Source: Sphyrna mokarran (Eukaryota). From it: 64,000 nt of DNA. The notes beneath the pieces were generated by a model, which had not been told where the DNA came from, did no database searches, and was given only the letters and a program-made list of their open reading frames with translations. Made by a program: the position numbers and the translations under genes. Below, piece by piece: positions 28,090 through 40,200 of the stretch (position 1 is the first letter of the stretch; every line of letters starts with the position of its first letter). Location of the stretch: positions 107,384,001-107,448,000 of the forward strand of contig JAGIQG010000009.1 of NCBI GenBank assembly GCA_024679065.1. The letters run 5' to 3'.

Positions 28090-28344
28090 GTCTGCCATCT
28101 TACGTCTTCCTGTCTTCGCCAGGCTCGTTAATTTCGTTGACGTCTGACTTCCTGTCAAATATGAGCTGTCAGTTTAGCCATATACTGCAAACCCAAGCTG
28201 CAAAGATACCAGCAAACCGCGGTGCTGGCGGTATCATTTCTCACTGTAGAGCTCCAAGGCAATTCACGCTGAAGGCTGATCTTATCGCATGCTGCCATTC
28301 AGACTAACGAAGTTTCTTTTCCTGTTTGATAGCAGTCCGTAACA
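28090..28344 (+). promoter_or_regulatory. Candidate promoter/5' UTR of gene B
   Basis: Non-repeat, CpG-containing sequence just upstream of the leader exon. ETS-type CTTCCTG at 28106 and ACTTCCTG at 28147, CRE-like TGACGTC at 28138, YY1-like GCCATCTT at 28094. Confidence 0.4.
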
Positions 28345-28405
28345 ATGGCGACAGAACGGTGGGCAATGACCTCTCTATTTCTCTTGATTTCAAGTTGTCT
28401 AGAGG
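28345..28405 (+). CDS. Gene B signal-peptide (leader) exon
   Basis: acaATGG Kozak context, encodes MATERWAMTSLFLLISSCLE, then G|gtgagt, a strong phase-1 donor matching the phase-1 V exon. Confidence 0.8.
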
Positions 28406-31400
28406 GTGAGTGAATAATCGCGCCCTGATTGTTTAAATATTGTAAGAAAACCGTGGGAGACAACATTTCTTTCGCTGCACTATTAACCCAAAATCTCAGC
28501 TATTGTTCTGGGGACCCGGGTTCAAATCCCGTCGCGGCAGGTGATGGAATTTGAATTCAATAATAATAACTGGAATTAAGAATCTATTGGGGGGCAGCAC
28601 GGCGGCACAATATTTAGCACTGCTGCCTTACAGCGTCAGGGACCTGGGTTCAATTCTGGGTCACTGTTTGTGTGGAGTTTGCACATTCTCCCCGTGTCTG
28701 CATGGGTTTCATTCAGGTGCTCCGGTTTCCTCCCACACTCCAAAGGTGTGCGGATTAGGTTGATTGCTAAATTCACCCTCGTGTCAGAGGATTAGCAGGA
28801 TAAATATGTGGGGTTATGGGAATAGGATATGGGTGGGATTGTAATTGGTGCAGACTGAATGTCCTCCTTTTGCACTGTAGAGATTTTATGATGACCATGA
28901 AACCATTGGCAATTGTCGCGGAAAAGGCATCTGGTTCTCTAATGTCCTTTAAGGAAGGATACCTACCGTCCTTGCCTTTTCTGGTCTACATATGCCTCCA
29001 GAGCCACAGTAATGTGATTGACTCTCAACTGCCCTCGGATACCTGGAGTTGGGCAATAAATGCTGGCCAGCCAGAGATGACAATGTTCCATGAATAAGTA
29101 AAACAATTAGACAGACCAAGTAAATGATCGCATACATTTCTAAAACACGAGTAAAGCATACCTTAATACACTGCTACATTGGTCTAAGGGAAGGTAGCGA
29201 TAAAGACCAACATTTGCTGTCCACGTTTATAATTACACAGACCCACCAACTTATACTTAGCATCAAGTTCCCCTTTTAACTTGTGTTTTGCAAAGCATTA
29301 CGAGGTACTAACCGAATTCGGAAGTGTGGTAGCAATAATTCAAATGAACATCTGAATGACTTGGTATTTTTCATCCACTCACATTATAAAAACTATATTG
29401 ATATATTTGGAATGCTTTTTGTAGGAAATTATTAAACCGCGTGCTTACATTTCTTTGTCTTTTTTTACGTCTATTATCTAAAGAAATGCCTTGCTTAGTT
29501 ATGTACCTGGAACTAATAACACACAATTGTTAGTGAGATTTTTTTTTAGCGATTCTGTAGTCTCTGCAAAGAATGCATCCAATTTAGTAACTGTCGAGTC
29601 ATTTAGACCATGAATAGTCCCGTGTATTTTTGATAATCCTTAAACCTACTGTTGTTTCTTCCTCACACCTAAGACATTTATTCCTTCCACTACAATTGCC
29701 AGTAAAATATTCCAACTTGTTGCGACCTATAGGGAATAAATTCCTACAGCATTTCCGATTTTTTGTGCTGTTTGTAATTTGTGAATACCCCAAAATCCTG
29801 TCACAGACTGACTCCAGTTAAATAAAAACAGATTACTGGATTCTGGAATCTGAAACCAAAAGAGAAAATGCTGGAAAATCTCAGCCGGTCTGGCAGCATC
29901 TGTAATCGTCTTTGACAAATGGTCACCTCGACTCGAACCATCAACTCTTTTCTCTCCTTTCTGCCAGAGCTGCTAAGATTTTCCAGCGTTTTCTCTTTCG
30001 GTTACAGACTGACTCCAGTTTGCGCAATCTATTATAATTTTAGATCATTGGACCATATGTTCTTTTAGATATTCCTGTCAAAGAAATCCCAGTTGTCAAC
30101 AGTTCCTCAAAGTTCATTCCCTTCAATTCAGGGTTTAACCGTGCAATCCATACCTCTTCTGACATACCTGCAATACCCCTGATACAATCTCACCAGGCAA
30201 GCTATGGTTTTCAAATCGCCAATCTTGAGTATTTGGTTTTGCTTCCTGCAATGCAGCCAAGTTGACAAATACTTTACACAAATAATTGCTGCAAATGGTA
30301 CAATTAATCAGAAGTTACAAAACTACTCTTTCTAATAATCTTTTGCTCTAACATTTGTGTTTAATATCAAGATATTTTTAAATAAAAGATTTGCAAAGCA
30401 TTGCCAGTGATACTATCGAGTTATATCTAACCTCAGATGCCTGGTGTTAACAACTCAAATCAACTTTTGGGTCCAATTCTCCCGGTAATTCATGTTATTT
30501 CTTCTTTTCAAAATGAGCCAATACGTTGATAGAATTGTGTTGCTAGAAAACAAACATGCAACCAAGTGTGCGGTTTAGAACAGTAACTGTAATACTTTGT
30601 TGCTTATCGCAGAAGCATACCTTCTGTCAAAAATCGTATTGTCGCAAATTTAGGGTCGGGATCAGAGAGATATGTGCATTTCTTGTTCATTGTGTAAACA
30701 ATGTCCATAGTATTTCTTTATTATTGCTACACGCAGTAATAATCGGTAAGTTTCAACTCAATCCAAACATGAGTCATTGTTTTTAAGGATTACTTTACAG
30801 GATATGGGCGAGGCTGGCTAGGCCAACATATATTGCCCACCATAGTTGCCCTTGCCAAGGTAACGGTGAACTGTGTTCTTGAACCACTGCAACCCATGAG
30901 CAGACTTATAGTGGTGTTAGGGAGGGAGTTTTAGGATTTTGACTAAGCGACAGTGAAGGAATAGCAATGTATTAGCAAGTCAGGGTGATGATCGGCAGTT
31001 GATGATGTTGCTATGTATCTACTGTCCCTGTCATTCTCGATGTTTGGACCCTGCTGCCCGAAGAACACTGATGAGTTCAGGCAGTGCAAATTGTTAATGG
31101 TACACAAGCTGCCACTATTCCTTGGTGGCGGAACGGTTCGAATGATTGTGGAATGCATAGCAGTCAAACAATTTGCTTTGTTTTGGATGGCGCCAAAACA
31201 TGTTGGACGTGCAGTCATTTAAACAAGTAGAGAGTATCACATCCCTTGGACCTTGTGGATGGTGTACCAGATTTTGGGCACTCAGGAGGTGAATTAATCG
31301 ACCTTGGGGTCCTAGCATTTGACCTGCTCTTGTAGCTAAAGTATTTATATCGCTACTCTAGTTCAGTTTCTGGTCAACGGTAATCCTCACGATGCTGATT

Positions 31401-34400
31401 AAAAATAATCCAGTGAATTAGCACATCCTATATATTCATAGATAGCTGTTCCTTTACTCTTAAGAAAAGGGATGACACCCAATAGGGTTAACGCCTTAGA
31501 TTGTAATATGTAAATCTAGAAAGTAAAAACAATTCAATTATTTATGGACATGGTATGGAAAAAGATGTTTCCTTGATGGAAGCTCAACTCAGCACATATA
31601 TGAAAAAACATTCAATCTTCAACGAAAAATCCAGTTTTTGTTTTCAGGAGAAACAAAAGGCTTCACTTCAATATGTGAGCAGCTATTCAAAAAGGTTCAC
31701 AAACGAACATATTTTCTTGCATTAATCAATTTCTTGATGGTTGCTTGACACAGGAACTATGTTCGGCCAGGTCTCTGAATGTACTTGGGCAAAAGTTTTG
31801 TTTCCCTGAATTCATGATGTGGTCAGTTTTCAATGATTAGTTGTGCACTGTAGTACTCTATGACTGTTCACATTCAATACTATGGGCCACGTTTGTCCAA
31901 TGGGGTTAGGTGGACACGTCAGAGCCTTTCATTCGGCGGTGCCGACTCGATGGGCCTTTTCTGTGATTCTTCGAGTTTATTGTTCCATTAACGCAAGGTG
32001 TTAATAGCAAATGCTAGTATAGAATCATAGAATCCTACAATGTAGAAGGAGGCCATTCGGCCTATCGAGTCAGCAGAGGCCACAGTATGCATTTACCCTA
32101 GATAATCCCCCTGACACTAAGGGACAATTTAGTATGACCAATCCACCGACCATGCACATTTTTGGACTCTGGGAGGAAATCAGAGCATCCGGAGGAAACC
32201 CACGCAGGCACGGAGAGAATGTGCAAACTCCTCGTAAACAGTGACCCAAGCAGGGAATCAAGCCCATTTTCCTGGTATTATGAGGCAGCAGTGCTACCAC
32301 TGTGTCACTATGCCACCCATTTCGAATCATATTCTGGCTCTAAGTAATAACGAAACATATTTATTATAATACCCTGTTTCTGAAATCAGATATTTTAGAT
32401 AACTGTCTGAGGATAAGTGCATTAAATTGATTTATTATTTTGTAATATCAATTCAACAATACAAAACTAAAATGGTGCTTTTGATTTTCTCTTCATTGTT
32501 TTTTATTTGTACCTGTTATTCCCTCTTTCCTTTACCAATACTTTCTCTCTTGAATTTTTTAATCATATATATCATAACTTATTTCCAAACTAATGATAAA
32601 CTGTTGAAGTAATGCAGAAGGAAATCTGAGATTGCATGGTTTGCAATTCAAGACTTCCCAAAGTTTTAGGTTTTATTTATTAGTTTATTTACTCCTGTCA
32701 CAAGTAGGCTCACATTAACACTGCAATGATGAGAATCACCTAGTCGCCACACCCAGGGCCAGTTCGAGTACACTGAGGAAGAATTTAGCACCTGCAGTGC
32801 AAATAACCAGCACATCTTTTGGACTATGGGAGGAAAAGAACTTCATGGCTAACGAATGCCGAATGAACCATAATCTTTTTTGCTCAATAGGCCAATGTGC
32901 CAAAGGTTCTGTTCATATCGAGGTTCTTAATTAGGACGAGATCAATTCTTTGCAAGAGTTTTTTTCTATTGAGCATCAAAGTTTCTCTACTGCATCTCGA
33001 GGAGAAAAACATTCCCTTATTTACTGCATCAATATTTTCTTAGAATGATATACGCTTACGACTTGCAATTATTTGTCACAGGCGAAGATGCCACAACTAA
33101 ACAAAACGGTATTGGCTCAACATGCGTGATACACTGTTCTTCGTTAATTACTCCTTGTCTTTCTTTGTAAACCCCTAGGTACGGAGACCGCCACTTCCCC
33201 CGTAGTGCAAAGCCCCGGTTCAGTTCATATATTCCAAGGTGGAAGCGTGATTTTGAATTGCAGTTTTCGGTTAGATGGACTGGGAACTTACAGCTGGAGG
33301 AGAGATGACAGCCCCATAGACTTTGAGTCTCCGAAGTACAAGAACAGAATTGTCAAAGCGGACCAGCATGCTTTCAATTCGAGGAAGGATGCATCCATTC
33401 TCATTAAGAATATGACAGAATGCGAGTCCGGGATATATTACTGTGAGATTGAAATCTTGGGGAGACCAAAACAATCAGGCAATGGAACCTCGGTGACCGT
33501 ACAGCGTAAGGAAATGTAACCAGAAAGCTTTGCAATGCTGTTCGCACAGTTAAAATTCTCCCCCATTCTTTCCACCATACTGTTGCTACTCTGTTTTTGT
33601 GAAACTCGTTTTTGGTTTCAGAATGGTTAAAAGGTTTAGTTCTTTCATTGCGCCCAAGTGTGGTTCTACTTCATTCTTTCCCCATGCCCATATTCTTTCT
33701 ATGCCTCTGTTTCCTCTCCACCTACCTGTCTTTCTATCCATTTCGAGCTTTATGTCCCTTTGTGTCGTTGCTCTCTTCGCTATTGTTCTTTCGGAACGAA
33801 TTTATGAAGTAGCAACTTATGTGTTATTTCTTTCAACAGATGTTTGCGACAAACCAGTCGCTGTAAATAACTTGCTGCTTGACTGGATATGGATCGCAGT
33901 GGCAGGGGGCGTCACCTTGCTTATTATCCTGGTACTGCTGATAGTGATAATATTCCTTGCTCGACGAAACAAAGGTAATTGAAGTTTTGAAAATAGTAGC
34001 CATAATTTGGCATTTATTACTATCATGCTTCATTCTAGCAAAATATCGTTACAATGAGACATTTTTATAGCAAACGTCAAGTGAATAATCAATACATTTT
34101 ACAGTAAACAAGGGCATGCATGTACCTGAAGCTTTTCATACTTGAAGTATATGGTTCCTTCTGGTCTGCGAATTATAATAAAGTATGGTGCTTAGTCACT
34201 ACAGAAAGCACAAGAAATAAACTTTACTCGATCTATGGGTATAGAAACATTCATTACATTTCTTGCATGCTGTGCCCAAAGATAGATCCTTGCCTCACTG
34301 TCTGCTGATGCTTCATCATGAAACATTTCCTTGTCAGTTCGATGTCTATCAGTGAACTTTGCTATTGTCTTCCACTCTCAGGGCTAGGATGAAGAGACAA

Positions 34401-37174
34401 TTCCCAAGACTATCTCAGTTGAGAGTGAACAGAATCCGCGTTGTTGGTGTTATAAAAACATAGAAAATGGGAGCAAGATAAGGCAAATTGGCTCTTCGAG
34501 CCTGCTCTGTCATTTATCACTACCATGGCCGATCGTCCAAGTCAATAGCCCAATCCTGCTTTCTCCCCATAACATGTGATCCTATTCGCTCCAAATGCTA
34601 TGTCTAGTTGCCTCTTGAATATATTCTATATTTTGTCATCAACTACTTTCTGTGGTATTGAATTCCACAGGTTCACCACTCATTGGATGAAGACACGTCT
34701 CCATACCTCCGTCCTAAATTGCGTACTCTGTATCCCCAGATTGGGACCGCTGGTTTTGGACACAACCAACATCGGAAATATCCTCCCTGCATCGACCCTG
34801 TCTGGTCCTGTTAGAATTTTATCAGTCTCTCTGAGGTTTTTCCCTCATTTGTCTGAATTCCAGCGAAAACAATCCTAACCGAGTCAATATCTCCTCATAC
34901 ATCAATCTCCCCATCACTGGAATTAGTCTAGTAAACTTTCGCAATACTTCCTCGAGAGCAAGAGCATCTTTTCTTAGAAAAGGAGACCAAATTTGCACAT
35001 AATATTTTTAGTGTGGCCACGCCAAGTCCCCGTATAATTGCAACAACACATCCCCTCTGCTGTATTTGAAACCTTCCGCCACATGCTATTTGCCTTCTTT
35101 ATCACCTGCTGCACCTGCATGCTTACATTCAGCGACTGATGCACAAGGCTCATACTGAAGCACACTATTTAGCTTCCGAAGCTAAAGACTCCGCCTGAGA
35201 ACTTATACTAGTTAGGAAAGATTAAGGGGGCCGGCATGTGTTTCCAATAGAAAAGGAAGATTCGCAGCCACCCCAATTTTCAAAATTATGAGGGACGGTC
35301 GCATGATAGTAACACCACTAGACTACTAATCAGAGGCCCAGATTAAAGCTTTCGTTCCAATTCCCCACGTGGCTGATGGTAGAAATTAAATTATATCAAT
35401 AAATCTGCAATATAAAGCTAGTCTCAGTACTGTTGACCACTAAATTATCACCGATTTTTCATAAAAGCCCTTTGGTTCATTCATGTCTCTGGAGATGTAA
35501 GTTTGCCGTCGATAAATGTCTCCAAAGCAACATGGTTGATCCTCAACTCTTATCGAAGATGGCCGAGCAGGCATCTCAATTTAAGGCCAATTTGGGGGTG
35601 GGTAACAAAAGTCAGCGACGTTCACGTTACATGAAAGGATTAAGAAGCAAACAGGAGTGTGCAAGTGTTTAACAAGTACAAATTTAGAGACTTAGCATAG
35701 GCTATTTATGAGGCAGACCAGAACTACAGTCCATCAACATAACCTACCCATTCATAAATTCAGTCGTGAATTCGTGTTAACTCGCTTTAGCTGGAAAGCG
35801 GTTAGAATATGAAACTTGGCCAAAAACTTAGTTAAGACCACTAGTGCAGAGACATTTGAAAGGATACTAGAGAAACACTTGAGAAACAAAAACAAGTGTA
35901 AGAACCCGTTGATGGGGTTACATGAAGAAGTGTTTGAAGAGTTTCAAAAAGAACTGCATGAAGCAGTGGAGTCGAATGGTCTGTTCATGTGCTGTAACTA
36001 GCTTCTAATTTTCAAATTAGTGTGGTTTGGAAAAGTATTATTTCAAAGGATAGCACGAAGGGCATTTATTACTCATTCGTAATAACCATCTTCAGAGGCC
36101 AATTAAGAGCCCACCATATTGGGTCTGGAGTCACGTATAAGACAGGTCGGTTTAAGATGGCAGATTTTCTTCAGGAAAATGTATTAATAAACCAAAGGGG
36201 GATTCCTTTTGCACAAGTCGATTACTGTTTTTATGGTTCCCTAAACTAAGGCTAGCTTTTAACTCCAGACTTAGTAATTCATTTTATTATTCACCAGCCA
36301 CTGAGACACCATGGTGAATTTCATTTTCCCCTGAACATTAGCTTGAATCTGTCGATCGCTCGTCTAGGCTATTGCCACCACGTCCTGAATCAGCATTTAT
36401 TTTTCATAAAACGTGAATTGCAGGGCAATAGGTCAATACATCTCAATACTCTAATGTGTTGCCAAGAACTTAGTAACAGGGAAAAATTAAAGGAAGTGAC
36501 ATTAAGAAGTAGGCAAAAATAGGTTAGGAACAGCAGATATTGAATGTGAGTAACTTCACAATGTTAATTCCCCATTCTTGCTACTATAGCACATTTATAG
36601 TAAGTCCATCTGAGCAGAGTTACACGATTTCGATTTTTTTGAGATTGCATTGTGGTCATTGTTTTGGATATCGATTGTCAATATTAATAACAGAATTAAT
36701 CACAATTATATTTAATTATTTTCTTATTTACAGCTTACGCTTTACTTGTCAGGTAAGACAATCAATATTGCGTTGCCAATTTGTAATGCCATAATGACTT
36801 CTTGCAAATGTTTGCACACGACGAAAAATTACAACACATCTGCTAAATATCTTTTTGCTCTACAGAGAATGTTCTTCTTTTGATTGTGCAAAAGAACCAG
36901 GTAAGTGATCGCCATCTTTATTTGAGCAAGATGTTAGCAGTTGCTCATATTAATATAACAAATCTGCAGGCTGTACGTTTGTACCTGCATGTGTGTATAT
37001 GTGTGTAAGTCTGTGTATGCATGCAAGTAAATGTGAGTTTGTGTATGAATGCGTGTATGTGCGGGCGAGTGTGTTCATATGTGTATGTTTGTTTATGTGT
37101 CTGTGCATGTTGTGTATGTTTCTGTTCGTGTGTGAGGGCGTGTATGTGTCTCTGTTTTTGTGTGTGTGTGCGTA

Positions 37175-37213
<39 letters not shown>

Positions 37214-40200
37214 CTATGCGTGTGTTGCTTCAAATCAAACAAACCACTGGGTTAAAAAGCACAAAAATAAAGAGCATGCAAATACGCAAATAAAAGTTTA
37301 TTTATGCATCATTGTGTCTGAAATAGATCAACCTTCATTGATCTATCGATTATTGTTAGTAAACAAAGTAAGGATTTGTCTTTTTCCGAGCAGCATGGAA
37401 TATCTATTCCTTTTAATCGGGAAATAAACAAATTGGAATTTGATCACATGTCAAATAAAGTTTGAAACTTCGAAGAGGTGGCCTTTCAATAGGGAGATGA
37501 TTCAGAAAAGGTTATTTTATTTTAACTTAGCAATCGCTGACTGAGCTCAGGGTGATTCTGAGGTTTCTGGGCGGCACGGTGGCACAGTGGTTAGTACTGC
37601 TGCTTCGCAGCTGCAGGGTCTTCGGTTCGATTCTCGGCTTGGGTCACTGTTTGTATGGAGTTTGCACATTCTCCTCGTGTCTGCGTGTGTTTGCTCCAGG
37701 CACTCCCGTTTCCTCCCACAGTCCAAAGATGTGCGGATTAGGTTGATTGGAAATTGTCCCTTAGTGTCCAAGCGTATGGAGGTTAGAGGGATTAGTGGGT
37801 ATGATATGTAAGGATGTGAGGGTAGGGCCTCTGTGGGATTATGTTCAGTGTAGACTCGAAGGGTCTTTTTCTGCACTGTAGAGTTCTATGGTTCTTTCCA
37901 TGATCTGTAAAGGAATCAGAATTGGAAAGCTTTGCTTAATATAAGCTTGTATTTAACATCAGAATAAAATGCATTTTGAAATGTCATTTCCATTCAGGTT
38001 CATTTACACACTTTCTCAACGTTGTGCTAACAATTTGGGGCCGTGAAGCTCAATATCAGTTTCAGAGGCACCGTGAAAGCAAACTGTTCTCACTTTGTAC
38101 AGGCAGAAATTTATACATTTGAGAAGTGGTGAAGTGTAAGTTACATTCGCGGTATTTATACTGCAAGCCTTTATCTCAAAACGGATACAAGCAAACACGT
38201 TTTACTGAAAGCAGAAAGCTTCCTTTAGTTTTTTTCTTTAGAGAAATACTCTTAAATGAAAATGCAGAGACATCAATCTTAGCAACAACATCCACGCTCT
38301 CAAAACGTTGCTATTTATATAACGTTCAAGACTTCAAGCCTTATTTTCTCTCAAACATTTTGAAACATGAATTCCTTCTCATGGTCTGGTCAACTATTGT
38401 TGCCAGATACTCCTGCGGAATGCGAAGCAACATCAGCATAGTTTAAGTAAGATCATAAGAACATGATAAATGTGAGCAGGAGTAGACCATTACTGTCCTT
38501 AAGCCTCTTCCATCATTCAATGTGATCTGGCTGATCTGCTGGCTGAACCACATGTGCCCTTGGAATGAACATCTCCTGTATTAGAAGTTGCTGAATTGAC
38601 CAGAAACTATTTCGGTCAATTTCAGCTTCTAAAGCAACTCTAGAATTAATCTATATAATGAACAATGTATGCATATTCGTATACAGAAAATATTATTTTT
38701 TAAGTCAGTGTATACTGATAGGAAAGACAGTGAAAAAAACACTTGAATTGCTGTTAGTGCCAACAACGGAGGCTGCAAAAAGTTAAACCCATCCATTTCT
38801 GTAGACCACTACAACACAAAACGACAGTGAAGAGATGTAGGTTTAAATAAAACAATACGCGTAAAGTACGCAATAAAAAGAAAACATGTCCGTCTGTTCG
38901 TCTTCCCAAAACAAGTACAAATTCCAAAATGTAGAACGCTTTTTTATTCTTCCCGTATTTACGAACACGAATTGATGCAGAATTATTTTGCTGTCTTTGT
39001 TTGCCCGAAAGGGTTAATTATCCATTCTTCCTCTCGGCATGCTCACTCTTTACAGCTTTTGTACACCTGACTAAGCCACTGCTAGCCAGCTATTTTCCTT
39101 TCTGTGTCTGTAATCCATTCCCTTCTACTCCTATTTTTAACAATTTCTCTTTTTTAAACTTCTTGGATATAATTATAGCCAACGACGACATGTAACCCCG
39201 CTAGTACAAAATAAAGCATCGATTTGTTCCAGACTACATTATTCCCCGTTGAAGATATTCCATACTGGTCACAATAACTTGGTCACATCCGTTCCGCTTT
39301 TTTTGCACAGGCATGGGCAGCAGTTCACATTTATTCGCGGCCAAAATATCCACATCGCCAGTTATTCTTTTAACCAGTTCTTCTTCCCCCATCAGAGGCA
39401 AGAGATGATTTCTTTTAATTTTGTAATTTTAATTAGCATTTTGTGAGATGAGTTCAGCAAGAGTTTTTCAATGACGTTTCCTCGGCCTAGTCATAGAATC
39501 GCTACAGCCATATAGTCCCTATAGTGCAGAACGAGGTCACGTGGCTCAATGTGTCTCCACACATCTCTCCGAAAGAGCATTTTACCCACCTCTCCCCACC
39601 AATTCTCGTAATACTGCACATTACCACTGTTAATTTACCTAACATCTTTGGACACTAAGAGGCAATTTCGCATGAACAATCCACTTAACTAGCACATCCT
39701 TAGACTGGGGGGTAAACTGGAGGATTAGGAGGAAACCCACGCAGACACGGGGAGAACGTACCATGTGTAACCCAAGGCTGGAATCGAAGCCGGGTCCGTG
39801 GCATTGTGGGACAGCAGTGCTTACCAGCTCGGATTTGGGTGACTGCCTGTGCAGAGTTTGCTCATTCTGAGCTTGACTGCATGGGTTTACTCCGGGTGCT
39901 CCGGTTGCCTTCCACACTCCAATAACATGCAGGTGATGCTCTCATTCGGCCTGCTGAGACACAATATCGCATAATTAACCTCCAGCCCTTTCTAATTATA
40001 TTGTTTCATGCTCGCCACTAATTATTGACAAAAAGCTTTGGTAGTTCACGTAAATGGAACCAGAATGACAGATGCATCTTTGTTTAAACTGAATTAAAGT
40101 GCATTTAATCAGCAGTGATGAAACTTGTTTCAAGAAAACTCGACTGATGTGACAAATGGACTAGTATTCTCTGGATTGAATGCATTTTAAGAGCGTTATT

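Noticed and set aside
30711-30745. Leader-like segment ISLLLLHAVII-G|gtaagt
   Set aside because: No nearby in-frame ATG, and its phase-2 start does not fit the better leader at 28345-28405.
33506-33600. Possible recombination signal sequence after the V exon (cacagtt)
   Set aside because: Imperfect heptamer with no nonamer at 12 or 23 spacing. V and the J-like strand are already joined, so this is not a rearranging Ig/TCR segment.
36993-37427. Cys/Val-rich ORFs
   Set aside because: Translations of a (TG)n microsatellite. The same applies to 19467-19891, 21949-22278 and 58447-58928.
37570-37640. tRNA-like A/B boxes
   Set aside because: These are SINE heads, not tRNA genes; each continues into a V-domain.
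39179-39195. Alternative phase-1 terminal exon ANDDM* for gene B
   Set aside because: Very short with a mediocre acceptor; exon 41485-41537 matches gene A's phase pattern better.
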